A stretch of DNA of 63,436 nucleotides, filler included, from Basidiobolus ranarum (taxonomy: Eukaryota): the NCBI GenBank assembly GCA_040143965.1. It is 46 parts of 46 records of this genome, joined end to end, with 100 filler letters (N's around TTAATTAATTAA, not from the genome) between each part and the next. Parts side by side here need not be neighbours in the genome. Positions count along the whole stretch, not along the records: positions 11,087 to 12,371 come from JASJQH010012567.1; positions 12,472 to 13,755 come from JASJQH010012568.1; positions 13,856 to 15,139 come from JASJQH010012569.1; positions 15,240 to 16,523 come from JASJQH010012570.1; positions 16,624 to 17,907 come from JASJQH010012571.1; positions 18,008 to 19,290 come from JASJQH010012572.1; positions 19,391 to 20,673 come from JASJQH010012573.1; positions 20,774 to 22,056 come from JASJQH010012574.1; 38 more parts are not named here. One strand, given 5' to 3'. Below the pieces are notes generated by a model. The model was not told the DNA's origin and did not search any database. It saw only the letters and a list, made by a program, of their open reading frames with translations. Below are positions 11,087 to 23,539 of the stretch, in pieces (position 1 is the first letter of the stretch; each line of letters starts with the position of its first letter). The position numbers and the translations under genes are program-made.

Positions 11087-12371
11087 CTAGAGATCACAAA
11101 TTGCATTCTGAGCATTCAAACTTGGCCAAAACTGGTGAAATAAGTTGTCAAACATGGCATAGAAGATTAGGCCATATTGGGGAACAAAAACTGACCCAAA
11201 TGATCTGAAATTAGCTTGTTTCAGGCTTGGAAATTGGAAATATCACTAAATTGGATCTTTGTGAAGGTTGCATATATGGAAAACATCACAGACAGCCGTT
11301 TTCAAGCTCTGGAGCAATCAAATCCAGTCAGAATTTTTCCCTGATTCATTCTGACCTATGTGGGCCCATGAAAAATGTCTCACTGGGTGGGAAAAGGTAC
11401 TTTATGACCTTTATTGATGACAAAACAAGATATACTTGGGTATTCTTTCTCAAATCAAAATCTGAAGCCTTAGCTACGTTCAAGCACTACAAAGCAATGG
11501 TAAAGAAAGAATCAACAAAAAATATAAGGGTCCTATGGAGTGATAATGGTGGAGAATACTGCTCTAAAGACTTTACTAGTTTTTGCTCTAAACATGGAAT
11601 TAAGCAACAAACTACTGTACCTTATACTCCACAGCAAAATGGAGTTGCAGAACGTGCTAATAGGACCATAGTGGAGATGGCAAGATCAATGTTACATGAT
11701 CAAAAGTTGGATTACCAATATTGGGCTGAATCTGTCTCCACTGCAGTATATATCAAAAACAGATGCCCAACAAGATTGCTACAAAATTCTACTCCATTTG
11801 AAGCCCTATATGGATCAAAACCAAGTGTGGATCATCTCAGGATCTTTGGTTGCACAGCATATTGCCTAATTCCAGCTCAAAAACGCTCAAAATTGGAACC
11901 CAAAAGCAGAAAATGCATATTTCTTGGTTACTGTGATGGATCCAAGGCCTACAGACTGTTTGATACCAAAAATCAGAAGTTAATTAAGTGCAGAGATGTG
12001 ATTTTTGATGAAAAAGCAAATTTTTCACCTCAAATCACAGTTCTTGATCCAGAAAACACAATCAGCACTATTCAGGAAGTGTCTGACAAAATTCCAGCTC
12101 TATCTGAGCCCAATTCAACCAAAATTTCAGTCCCAATTACATCAAAGGATGATGCAGGACCCAGAAGATCATCCAGAAGGAGAAATAAGCCAGGAAACTG
12201 GTGGAACACTTCCAATGATGATGTATATGCTCATACAGCATTCTGTGATGAGCCTCAGACACTAGATCAAGCTTTGGAGTGTCCAGAAACAAAATTATGG
12301 GAAAAAGCAATGTCAGATTAGATTTCTTCACTTCAGGACAATAAAACATGCGTTTAAAGTCCTCTTCCATC
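11087..12371 (+). mobile_element. Ty1/copia GAG-pre-integrase plus integrase core, largely intact
   Basis: WHRRLGH, CEGC, LIHSDLCGP, FIDDKTRYTW, SDNGGEY, YTPQQNGVAERANRTIVE, CIFLGY, RDVIFDE. Confidence 0.97.
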
Positions 12372-12471
12372 NNNNNNNNNNNNNNNNNNNNNNNNNNNNN
12401 NNNNNNNNNNNNNNNTTAATTAATTAANNNNNNNNNNNNNNNNNNNNNNNNNNNNNNNNNNNNNNNNNNNN

Positions 12472-12637
12472 GTGTAATAATGTCCAAAAGTACTTTTCTT
12501 AAATATACCACATGAGTAAAATAAACTGTTTCCAAAACGGTAAATAACATTGTGCCGGATAGTGCCCAATCATGCCAATTTGCACTGGCACACTTTTTAG
12601 CTGGCCTGATCTGGCACAATAAAATGGAACAAGTCTA
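12472..12637 (-). mobile_element. TAG-terminated TIR element, end 1
   Basis: Ends in AATGGAACAAGTCTA (12623-12637); reverse complement of the copies starting at 16442 and 27386. Confidence 0.8.
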
Positions 12638-13648
12638 ACAAAACTTAAGTGTCTAAGTCACAAGTCCAAATCAAGTCCAATACAATTCCAAATCCCCTGA
12701 ACATCTTTATCAATGATGCTGCATTAAATCATTTACAAGATGTGTTCCTTTTTAGAAATAGTGCAAGTGAAGAGATTACAATCCCCCAATTACAGTGTAA
12801 TTCAATAGTTGAGCAAAGTTCAACAAAAACACTGTTAAGACCATCACTTTCAAATATACCTACTTTTCCAATTATTATTCATTCATGGGTAAAACCTATT
12901 CAGTCACTATACTGGACATGACAAGCAATAATACCACTGAATTGCAAATAATGCAACATTTTGAAGAAACTAGACATCAGCAAGAGGGTTGCTTAACAAT
13001 TTAACAAGACCTTGAAATGCTTGACTTGGGCTGCAGCAATATGCTGCTGGCTGAGTCCCTGATTTTACCATCAAGAGCCTGGTTGGATTTTAACATGATC
13101 ACTGATAGCAATGTACCAAATAACCAGTCTAATATCAGACTTGGTGTTAGCTGTGAGTCTAACATTATATTGCTGAAGGGGATCAGCTGGAGCCAGAGGT
13201 TCCCATTAGGCACTATGCACTTACTATTCAACAAAATTACAATACTACTTACTCAGCAATATAGTGGAAAATAAAGTATGAATGAAGCATTTGAGATAGG
13301 ATCAAAATTTGAGTCAATTAACAAAATGCTTGAAATATCAAGATATCATGATGTTTTACCATGACTCCCATCAATATACACTCATCTAGGCATTTTTTTC
13401 ATTCAAATGCAAAGACTGGAAGTATTAGATTTGTATATATTCAAGTGGAAACTTGAAAAGATTTCTGCTTGATGAGCATTGGCAACACTGGGAGTTGATT
13501 GTGGATATTGTTGATATATTTTTATGGCATCAACTTACATTGGCTGATCTAGGCAGATACAGCAAATGTGCTAAGAAGTCGCCATCAGTCCTTCACAATC
13601 CCCTAACAAAAATAAATTGATTTGATCTGGATTGGATACATGCTCCAA
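12638..13648 (+). mobile_element. CACTA-like ORF2 fragment, transposase fragment and terminus A (13601)
   Basis: SASEEITIPQL (ORF2); LLKGISWSQRFPLGTMHLLF (transposase); CCCTAACAAAAATAAA. Confidence 0.8.
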
Positions 13649-13755
13649 TGTTGAAGTTTATTCTCTTTAGCATATACTTTATCCCTATCTTTATACACCT
13701 AACTATTTCATATATCACATATTAGTTAGTCAACATTATTTAGTCAAATATCACT
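13649..13755 (+). repeat. 5' part of copia family 1 LTR
   Basis: TGTTGAAGTTTATT start, as in the other copies. Confidence 0.85.
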
Positions 13756-13855
13756 NNNNNNNNNNNNNNNNNNNNNNNNNNNNNNNNNNNNNNNNNNNNT
13801 TAATTAATTAANNNNNNNNNNNNNNNNNNNNNNNNNNNNNNNNNNNNNNNNNNNN

Positions 13856-14069
13856 CAATACTAAATCGGGTAACTTGGTATGGGCTGGCACGATATCTCC
13901 AAAAAAATCATCGTGTCCGATTGTGGTGGGATAGTGCCATATTGTTCCTTATAGTGTCCAATCATGTGTTATAGGACCCAGCCATGGTAATTGACAGATT
14001 GCGCCAGATGGTGTACTAGCAGGCTGGATCAAGCAGCACGATCTGACCTGGTCCAATGGAACAAGTCTA
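13856..14069 (+). mobile_element. TAG-terminated TIR element, end 2
   Basis: Ends in the same 15-mer AATGGAACAAGTCTA (14055-14069) but has a different subterminal sequence from end 1. Confidence 0.8.
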
Positions 14070-14610
14070 ATATTCTTCAACATTATTTAAGCACTTTTGC
14101 AAAGTTCATAGAATTAAGCTAGAAACTACTGCCCCCTATTCACCTCAACAAATTGAAGTTGCTGAAAGAGCTAACAAGACTATAATAGAAATGGCAAGAT
14201 CTATGATAAATGTGCAAAATTTATCTCATAACTTTTGGGTGGAATCTGTTGCTACGGCTTTATATCTGAAGAATAGGAGCTTTACTAGTAGTATGTCTAA
14301 CTCTACACCATATCAAGCTTGGTTTGGAGTCAAACCAGATGTAAAACATTGGAGGATCTTTGGATGCATTGCTTATGTCAAAGTTATGACCAAAAATTGG
14401 TCTAAATTTGATCCAAAAAGTAAGAAATGCATATTTCTGGGTTATTGTACTCAAACTAAGGCCTACAGACTCTATGATTCCAATATTTCCCAGTTAATCA
14501 AGTCAGGGATGTTTTGTTTAATGAAAATGAAAATGAAAATTTTCACACAAAATGACCTCGGATGATGACAAAAATCAATTTTCTCCTGATCCAATCATTC
14601 AAATTGATTC
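14070..14610 (+). mobile_element. Ty1/copia integrase fragment
   Basis: YSPQQ..VAERANKTIIEMARSM...IFGCIAY...KCIFLGY. Confidence 0.92.
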
Positions 14611-15139
14611 TGTTGGATAACTAATCTTTATGCAACATCATAGTTGACATTAGTTATGATACATATATCAGTAACAGAAAGCAACATATCTTTAGCCCCT
14701 ATATTCTAAATAGGAATATCTCTATATCTATTTAACAAGTATGTCTTATTACCCCCACTTAGCTATTATATCTTATTACACAAACTCCTGAATATCTCAA
14801 ATAATTGATTTACTTTTCTACTATATAAGTCACCATACACTCCTAAGAATAAAGTAACTAAAGCACACTATCATAAGTTGCTTCTAATACTCAAAGTCTA
14901 CCCCCATTATGTCAAGATCCTCCAACATGGTAGCAGTGAGTGAATCAGAGTCTTCTTCCCAAAAGGAGATTGCTAAAATTCCAACTTTCAATGGGGAAGA
15001 TTTCCATCAATGGATATTCAAGATGCAACTTGTGCTTGAAGGGAAACATGTCTGGGAAGTAGATTAACCAGATGAAGAAGAAGAAACTTCTGAAGAAGAA
15101 AGTACAGATTCTGACACTGAAAGAAAGAAGCCAACATGT
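14611..15139 (+). mobile_element. Copia family 3: 5' LTR (14611-14927), tRNA-iMet-type PBS (14928 on) and gag start
   Basis: TGTTGGA...TCCAACA terminal inverted repeat with TATATAA and AATAAA inside; then TGGTAGCAG; then IPTFNGEDFHQWIFKMQLVLEGKHVWEV. Confidence 0.9.
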
Positions 15140-15239
15140 NNNNNNNNNNNNNNNNNNNNNNNNNNNNNNNNNNNNNNNNNNNNTTAATTAATTAANNNNN
15201 NNNNNNNNNNNNNNNNNNNNNNNNNNNNNNNNNNNNNNN

Positions 15240-15350
15240 TAGCAGAAAGAAAGGTAATGGGTTCAATGCAAAGAAGGTTAGGACCAAATAAAGTAGGTTT
15301 ATTTGGGATATTACAACCTTTAGCGGATGGTTTAAAATTATTCCTAAAAG
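15240..15350 (+). pseudogene. nad1: Mitochondrial nad1 fragment (probable NUMT)
   Basis: Translates as [36 protein letters not shown], the conserved ND1 N-terminal loop, with TTA-rich codons. Joins directly to transposase sequence. Confidence 0.92.
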
Positions 15351-16441
15351 GGTGACTATTGATTGCTTCTTGGAGCCTTTTATTGCAGAATTTGAATGGT
15401 TATCTAATGGGGTTCAGATGGGTGAATGTTTTTTTAAGGCCTATATTGTTGTATGAATTGGTCAAACTCCTGCTATCAGTAAACTTGGAGGTTTTTGTGG
15501 GCACAATTCAATATCTTGCTGTAGATTTTGTTAAATCAATGGAGTTAACTCTATCAGGCATATGCAATATTACTATCCAAATACAACACTAAACTCCCGG
15601 ATTTTACTATCAAAAGCCTGGTCAGATTTCAAAATGCTCACCGTATCAATTCTCCAAATAGTTGGCCTGACATCAAACTTGGTTTTAGTCATAAGCCTAA
15701 GATTATAGTGCTCAAGGGGATCAGCTGGAGCCAGAGCTTCCAATTAGGCACTATGCACTAACTATTCATCAACATTCTAATGCCACTTACTCAGCTATAC
15801 AGTGGAAAATTTAATATGAGTGGGCCTTTCAAGATAGTATTAAAGTCTGAATTGCTTGGGAAAAGCTTGAAAACATCAAGATACCATTGTATTTTACCAG
15901 GACTCCCATCAATATCCACTCATCTGGGTGTTTACTCAAATGCAAAGACTGGAAGTATTGGATTTGTGTATATTCAAGTGCAATCTAGAGGAGATTTCTG
16001 CCTGATAAGTATTTGCAACAATGGGAGTTGTTTGTGGATATTCTTAATATATTAATATGGAAAAAATACACAATGGCTGATCTCAGGCAGATACAGCAAC
16101 TGTGCAGAGATTTGGTAATTAAATATAAAAAACTTTATTTCAGGTTTAAAGAAGATGGACCAAGCATATGCTGAAGTTGAATATGTTCCCTGCTACATCT
16201 TTCACAACTCTTAGAGATTATAAGCCCTTGCTATACTTTCTGGGAGTACCTAATAATCTGATTGACAATGTATCAGCTAAATCAGTGATGGATGTTATGA
16301 ACTGAGTTATGGAGACTGCAGAGTACATTTACCTTCCAACAAAGGGCTATTTTCAACATGCTCACAGGTTCTTGCTTTGTTTGAGCACAACAACTGCAAC
16401 AATACCCAATCCATGGACACACAGTAAGCACCTCTATAAAT
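15351..16441 (+). mobile_element. CACTA-like transposase, decayed central part
   Basis: FLEPFIAEFEWLSNGVQMG...PAISKLGGFCGH...CRF; frameshifted. Confidence 0.88.
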
Positions 16442-16523
16442 AAGACTTGTTCCATTTTATTGAGCCAGATCAGGCCAGCTAAAAAGTGTGCCAGCACAAA
16501 TTGGCATGATTGGGCACTATCCG
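16442..16523 (+). mobile_element. TAG-terminated TIR element, end 1
   Basis: AGACTTGTTCCATTTTATTGAGCCAGATCAGGCC, as at 27386. Confidence 0.8.
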
Positions 16524-16825
16524 NNNNNNNNNNNNNNNNNNNNNNNNNNNNNNNNNNNNNNNNNNNNTTAATTAATTAANNNNNNNNNNNNNNNNNNNNN
16601 NNNNNNNNNNNNNNNNNNNNNNNAGGGGGACAAAACTATTTTATATATTTTATAGGATTATTTATTTATATATATAGGTGTACCATTTTTTTTCCTATAA
16701 AAATATAAGTTTTTTCCTTCCCTATTTCCCATTTAACCATTTTTTCATTTTATTAAATATTTCCAATTCAAACCAATCGTTCCCATTTCTTCACCAGTTT
16801 CTGTCTGTTTTGCTATTTAATTGGG

Positions 16826-16861
16826 TGTGAGAGGTTGCGGGTTCAATTCCTGCTGGATCCC
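16826..16861 (+). pseudogene. tRNA-derived 3' half (T-arm; tRNA-Ala-like), decayed
   Basis: GAGAGGTTGCGGGTTCAATTCCTGCTGGATCC: T-stem GCGGG/CCTGC with a B-box-like loop. No D-arm or 5' acceptor strand found. Confidence 0.4.
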
Positions 16862-17118
16862 AATCTATTTTTTGACTTTTGGTGAAATAGTCTGATTTCT
16901 AACATAAACTCTGTATCTTATCACCAAGCAACAGTGTGTCTTCATATAGATCATATGTGTGGTGAATACAGTCAGTGATTTCATTTCCATAAAGAAGAGG
17001 TTTGGTTCTTACTAATATTTGCCATTCATGTGTATATAAATTCAATGGAAAGCAGATGTTCTATTTATTAGTTATTGCAGACATGATTTGTGTGAAAGCA
17101 TAAGTAAAAATACAAAGT

Positions 17119-17495
17119 TAATGGGAAAATATGGGCTGTTTGGAGGAACTTTAGAAAAGTGGAGTTGTGAATAGCTTTGTGAGATAATTATTTATTGTCC
17201 AGAAATAAACATATATACATTTTGGTAGAAATACAAAAAACTATCACTGGGGTTGTGTTCAGAGCATCTGTGGGAGTAAAATGAGCTATCTTTGGGGCAA
17301 TTTGGACAAGTGTGAAATTTCCAATATGGAATTGCTAATTCCCACATTATTCACATGTATATATAATATATGTTTCAATCTTCAGTTAAGGGATATTTGA
17401 CCAAGTAATGTTAACTAACTTTTATGTGTTATATGAAATAGTCTGGTGTATAAAGTGAGAGATAACAGATATGATAAAGACAATAAACTTCTACA
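17119..17495 (-). repeat. Copia family 1 LTR, full length
   Basis: Collinear with 54379-54756. Confidence 0.9.
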
Positions 17496-17907
17496 ATTCC
17501 AGAGCCCACAAATGGCTGTCTGTGTTGCCTACCGTATAGGCAACCTTCACATAACTCCAGATCTAGTGGATTTACAAAACGTAGTCCCAAAACCATCTTG
17601 TTTTTGATTAACTTTCTCATATTTTCAGCTCCTAGATGACCCAATCTCCTATGCCAGATTTTCCAGTCTATCTCTTCAGCTGTGGCAGTATTAACTTGTT
17701 CATCTATTAACCTAATATAATGAAGCTTATACAAGTTATTTTGCTTAGCTCCAGAAGCTATGTAATTCCCTTTTTGCTCCCTGATTGAGCAGCTATTTTG
17801 ATCAAAATTAAAGCTATATCTCTCAGATGTAGCTTTACTCACTAATAACAAGCTTTTTGCTATCCCAGGCATGTATAGCACATTCTTCAGAGTCAAATAC
17901 ATGTCCC
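17496..17907 (-). mobile_element. Copia GAG-pre-integrase fragment cut by the LTR insertion
   Basis: WHRRLGHLGAEN...CEGCLYGRQHRQPF; same family as 5990-6831 and 23540-24822. Confidence 0.92.
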
Positions 17908-18007
17908 NNNNNNNNNNNNNNNNNNNNNNNNNNNNNNNNNNNNNNNNNNNNTTAATTAATTAANNNNNNNNNNNNNNNNNNNNNNNNNNNNNNNNNNNNN
18001 NNNNNNN

Positions 18008-18256
18008 GAATTTACTTAGAATATTTTTACCAACTTAGAAGTTCTCAGATATATAGATTTTTCAAACTTGTGCTAGAAGCCCCAAACTTTGCACACATGT
18101 TCCTGGGACCTTCCTTAAAATATTCTACACGTTAGTTTGTTTACATCTTGACAAAACTATAAATGTCAACTTTCTACTCAATAAATCAATAAGTGAAAAC
18201 CACCAATTCCTCTAATTCTCCAAACCACTTCCAACAGGCTCCCAAATACTTTAACA
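18008..18256 (+). repeat. Copia family 2 LTR, 3' part
   Basis: Overlaps 37703-37826 and 6932-7066. Confidence 0.82.
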
Positions 18257-19290
18257 TTCTCCACTATAGAGCTGAGTAAGTAATATTGGAATGTTATTGA
18301 ATAGCAAGAACATAATACCTAATGCAAAGTTCTGGCTCCAGCTGATCCCTTTAGCAATATAATCTTAGGCTTATGGCTAATACCAAGTTTGATGTTAGAC
18401 TGACTATTTAGTGAATTGATATCAGCAATCATTTTCAAATCTGACTGAGCTCTTGATGGTAAAATCTTGAAGTTTTGTTTTGTATTTAGATAGTAGTAAT
18501 GCATATACCTGATAGAGTTGACTCCATTGATTCCAACAAATCTAGAGCAAGATAGTGCAATGTGCCGGCAAAAACCTCAAAGTTTGCTGATGGCAGGAGT
18601 GTCACCAACATGTAAAATGATATTAGCTTTAATAAAATATTCACCCTTCTGAGCCCCATTGGATAATTGTTGCAATTCTGCAATCAAAGGCTCCAAGAAG
18701 CTATCTATAAGTACTGGTCATTTAGATCCAGATACAATTGATAGTATCAAAATGTTATGACTTTTATACCATTCAGAAGGAGGATGATTTAAGTTAATTC
18801 AAATTATTGGCCAGCAAGCCTTTCCAACAGTAAATTTGTTTAGCAAGAAACCATCCAGAGCCAATGCAAATACATGATCATATGTGTCCTCAAAGAAACG
18901 TTGACTTTTCAGATTTTGGTAGTGATATCCATCAAGTATATTGGTAATATAATCAGCTTTATAGTGAGTACTTTGGAATTGGATCAATGACCTATATTTA
19001 GGTGATTTCATCAAAACTTTAAGATAGGAAATCAATGGTATGTATGCCAAATATGAACAATATTCACCTGATTCAGTGATTGCCCATTGTGTGCAAACAG
19101 GACATGACTTCAGGTTTTTAGATCACCGGTGAAAGCCAAACAACCATTTGGACATGAAGGCAGTTTAATTACAGAAGGATTATAAGTCATATGATTGACA
19201 AGTGTTTTCCACTTGTTCCAGGTCTGTGGCAAGCAACAGTTGCCAATCAACTGTGGTAAAAGAGTAAGAAAACCAATAAACACCTGGTTG
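18257..19290 (-). mobile_element. CACTA-like transposase, decayed N-terminal and catalytic region
   Basis: CPNGCLAFTGDLKNLKSCPVC...FALALDGF...ACWPII. Confidence 0.9.
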
Positions 19291-19390
19291 NNNNNNNNNN
19301 NNNNNNNNNNNNNNNNNNNNNNNNNNNNNNNNNNTTAATTAATTAANNNNNNNNNNNNNNNNNNNNNNNNNNNNNNNNNNNNNNNNNNNN

Positions 19391-20673
19391 GGTAACAAGA
19401 GTCAGCTATTTGCCAAGTGTCAGTGCTATTCAAAATTTCAGATGTTTAGCAATTTTTCCATCATTAGTTTGCTGGTAAAGCATATTGATGTTGTTGAGTT
19501 ATGTCTAATCAGTCAAATATGTGCAAATGTAGAGACTAAACACAACAAGATTCTAGTATTTTTTGATTTTCATTATGGATGGAATACAAAGCCTAAAATA
19601 TCTAAATAAAAGCGTGCATATAAATTCAAATTCCTACAGCTGTAAACCCAGTAACTTGCCATTTGAAAATTATATTATTGCAAAAATTGCTGGTTATTGA
19701 ATAATGCATGCCAAATTTGAGGATCAATATTTTAACATATATGAATACTGTTAAGATACCATCAAGAAACCACCGTCACATTATCAAAATCCCTGGCAGA
19801 ATGCAAGCCAACAATATTGTGATGGTTCTCTGATGGTCTGGCTATTTTGGAGGGTGGATCCGATCCGGTTCAAATCAATTTTATTTTTGTTAGGGACAAT
19901 GCAAAAACACATGAGCACATTGAAAGAGCCCTTTGTTGGCAGGTTTATATACTCTGGAGTCTCCTTAACCCATTGCATTACATTCATCACTGATGTTTCT
20001 GATACATTGTTATTCAGAGTAGCATATGGTAATACTCACAATTTTGCATGGAGCAACATTTCACTGCAGGTGCACTCTATTGGGAACTCCCTGAATGTAT
20101 ATTAGGCTCTACTGTCCCACTTACCAAATTCTCACACCATTACAAAGATCTGCAATTCCAGAGTCACACATACTAGCAACAAAGCTGAATCTCACCATGG
20201 AACTGGGTACACCAGTTGGAAGAGTGCTAAATTTGGAAGTCTGTACCACACCTGGCACCTCTCAACAAGGCAAAACACCAGCAAATAAAACTCATGGCTC
20301 TTCAACCTCAACTGGTACTTTTCAAAGTGTTGAAATTAGTCCCAAAGGTAAAGGCAAGTAAAAAGCCGCACAAACACTGCACCCTAACAGAAATTTGAGG
20401 ATTGTTATTGTAGGAAAAGCGTCACAATTTTAATCCATTTGTGATTGACCGTTTACTTACCGTCATAAAATTGTCTAGTTAGGTTTGATTTTAATCAATT
20501 TTTTCAGTTTCAGGAGTGAAATTTCAAGATCTCGCAAAATAGTTGCAAATGATTGGCTAAAGTCTCAGAGAACTATGGATCAACACATGTGCAAAAAACG
20601 TAACTCAAATTTTACACAATTACCACTAGAACGCTAATTTGTCACCTTTGAAATCCCTAGTCTCTTTGATATA
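19391..20673. mobile_element. Mosaic of CACTA-like copies: transposase 3' end and terminus A (to 19895), transposase (-) joined to ORF2 (+), terminus B (from 20382)
   Basis: Both termini and both ORFs are recognised by similarity to other contigs. Confidence 0.85.
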
Positions 20674-21200
20674 NNNNNNNNNNNNNNNNNNNNNNNNNNN
20701 NNNNNNNNNNNNNNNNNTTAATTAATTAANNNNNNNNNNNNNNNNNNNNNNNNNNNNNNNNNNNNNNNNNNNNATTCTATTACTCAAAAAAACCCGTTAT
20801 GAGTATATGCAACTTCTTCGATAAAAGTCTCTACTTATAGCCAATATACATTCATGCGCATGTAATGGGTAAATTAGGTGACGTTAATCTCAGGTCCACC
20901 TTAGCATAGTACGCGCCTCACATTGCGGGATTCACGATGGTCTCTTTGGATTGACAGTCACTCAATATGATTCGATGCATTTCACATAAATTAATGTGGA
21001 GTAATGACTGCCAATCACTTCATTCGCTTCTTTTACTCAGTAGAAATGATTACTTTTATTTACAGAAATATGATTAAGAACGAAGCATGATATTAATAAC
21101 TAAATAAAAGGATGTTATCTGTTCTCGACAACAACGTTCTAATAATCAACGATGATATGCTGCGAGATTGGTTGATACGAATGTTCGCTACGTATAAAAT

Positions 21201-22041
21201 CTATTGGTTGACCAAATGCTTTTGAATGATTTCCCAAATCATTCGTCGCCGAATGTACTTCATATGCTTTTGATTGAAATCAAACGGTTCATTACGGCTG
21301 ATATACTCGGCAAACATACATGTGAAGACTCCACAGTCAAACCCATTCTGTTGGCTGGGGATGTTCTTCGGAGCATAGTCTATCCAATCCGACAGATCAA
21401 ATGGTTGTCCTAGTTTATCCAAGGATTCTTCTTCAAGATAGTGGCGAAGAAGCTAATGTACAAACACCGATGAGTACTCTATTGATAAATCCCCCGTACT
21501 ATTCTGAAAATACCTGGAAGCATTGTGGATTATTCCCATGCATTGAGTCATAATACTCTATTCTCTTCTGCACAAAGTTGATGATTGCACAAACCCAGTG
21601 CATTCCAAGGTGAACAGGAATGATAATGTAATCTTTCTTGAAAATATTGAACTGTTATGTAGATCTGATTAGTCATTGATGATTAGAGATACAAAAGCAT
21701 ACTCATATATATGTCTATTACCTTACGGCTCCAACGACGGATCTGTTGATATCCTTTGTCACGAAGTGTAGAGTAGAAGAAAGTGTTGAACACATGTATC
21801 TCGGGGTACGACGATTGAGATTGTTTGGCCCTTTCCATAATCAAGTTTCCATAGAAATTCATGATCTTATAATGGTGGAAATAAGAAAGATTAGTACAGA
21901 TTGGGGGGAGTAGGCTAATAAAAGGATTACTTCATCATTTAGCCATTTTCCATCTTTTAGGGTTTGGATATCAGATTTGCTCAAGGTAACATTAAAGCCT
22001 TCAACAATATCTTCAGATCCAGGTCCAAGTTCCCATTCAAT
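21201..22041 (-). CDS. ULP1: Ulp1/SENP SUMO protease (peptidase C48), 5' partial; exons 22041-21931, 21865-21722, 21651-21514, 21452-21201
   Basis: Three GT-AG introns (60-70 nt) restore WLNDE|IMNFY...FNTFFY...IPVHLGMHW...YYDSM...QQNGFDCGVF, giving the His-Asp-Cys triad. Confidence 0.93.
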
Positions 22042-22156
22042 CTAAAACATCGCAAGNNNNNNNNNNNNNNNNNNNNNNNNNNNNNNNNNNNNNNNNNNNN
22101 TTAATTAATTAANNNNNNNNNNNNNNNNNNNNNNNNNNNNNNNNNNNNNNNNNNNN

Positions 22157-23439
22157 CAAGCAATTTCGGGTCTTTGTGTAGGCTTAATGGTCCGACACAT
22201 ATTCTGCTCTGCTAGGTTGTCATGGTGACATTCATATGTATGGTGTGGGATTGATTGAAATCCCATATGAGAATGGATGGAGGGAGCAGCATGTTGCTGT
22301 AGCTCAAGTACAGCATTCTGAAGGTCTTGTTTCTTTGTTGTGTGACTCCCTAACTGTTGACTAGTTGCTTCTGAACACTGGATTAATTTGATGTTGTGGC
22401 ATTATTGCTTGTCATGGCCTGTATAGCAACTTCATAGTTTTTGCTTATGATTGCATACAAATCATTACAATGTTCTGCTTATGATTCCCTTGCTGTAATA
22501 ATTTTATCCAAATTTTCTACAGAGGCTTGTTCAATAGTGGGCAAAGTAGCCATTTTTCCTTGCCACAGACCTGGTACAAGTGGAAAACACTTGTCAATCA
22601 TATGACTAATAATCCTTCAGTAATTAAACTACCTTCATGTCCAAACAATTGTTTGGCTTTCACTGGTGATCTGAAAAACCTGAAGTCATGTCCTGTTTGC
22701 ACACAATTGGCAATCACTGAATCAGGTAAATATTGTTCATATTCAGCTTACATAACATTGATTTCCTGTCTTAAAGTTTTGATGAAATCACCCATATATG
22801 TATCTTTGATCCAATACCAAAATACTCACCATAAAGCTGATGGTATTACCAATAAATTTAATGGATATCACTACCAGAATCTTAAAAGTTAAAGTTTTTT
22901 GAAAACATATATGATCACGCATTTGCATTGGCTCTGAACGGTTTCTCACTAAACAAATATACCATTGGAAAGGCTTTCTGCCCAATAATTTTCATGAACA
23001 TAAATCTTCCTCCTTGTGAATGGTATAAGCATGGTAATATTCTGATACTAACCATAATAACTGGACCTAAATCGTCAGTGCTTTTAGATAGCTTCTTGGA
23101 GCTTCTTATTGTGGGATTTGAACGGTTATCTAATGGGGTTCAGATGGGTGGATATTTTATTAAAGCTAATATCATTTTATGTATTGGTGACACTCATGGC
23201 ATTAGTAAGCTTGGAGGTTTTTGCTGTCACCACACTCTATCTTGCTGTAGATTTTGTCCAATCAATGGAGTTTACTCTAACAGGCATACACATTACTACT
23301 ATCCAAATACAACACTAAACTTCATGATTTTACCGTCAAGAGCCCGGTCAGATTTCAACATGATCACTGATATCAATTCACCAAATAGTCAGTCTAACAT
23401 CAAACTTGGTATTAGCCATAAGCCTAAGATAATATTGCT
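22157..23439. mobile_element. CACTA-like: ORF2 on minus (to ~22557) joined to the transposase catalytic domain on plus
   Basis: NINLPP..WYKHGNILILTIITGPKS..LDSFLE..GDT.GISKLGGF..H...CCRFCPING is the Transposase_21/tnp2 pattern. Confidence 0.9.
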
Positions 23440-23539
23440 NNNNNNNNNNNNNNNNNNNNNNNNNNNNNNNNNNNNNNNNNNNNTTAATTAATTAANNNNN
23501 NNNNNNNNNNNNNNNNNNNNNNNNNNNNNNNNNNNNNNN

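Noticed and set aside
12416-12619. Recurrent short ORF M.QIRPAKKCAS.NWHDWALSG (also at 27404) as a small gene family
   Set aside because: It is a chance frame in the subterminal repeat of the TAG-ended element.
21201-22041. Ulp1 as cargo of the CACTA or another DNA transposon
   Set aside because: It is intact, intron-containing, not CpG-depleted and has no TE sequence on its contig, so it is most simply the host gene.
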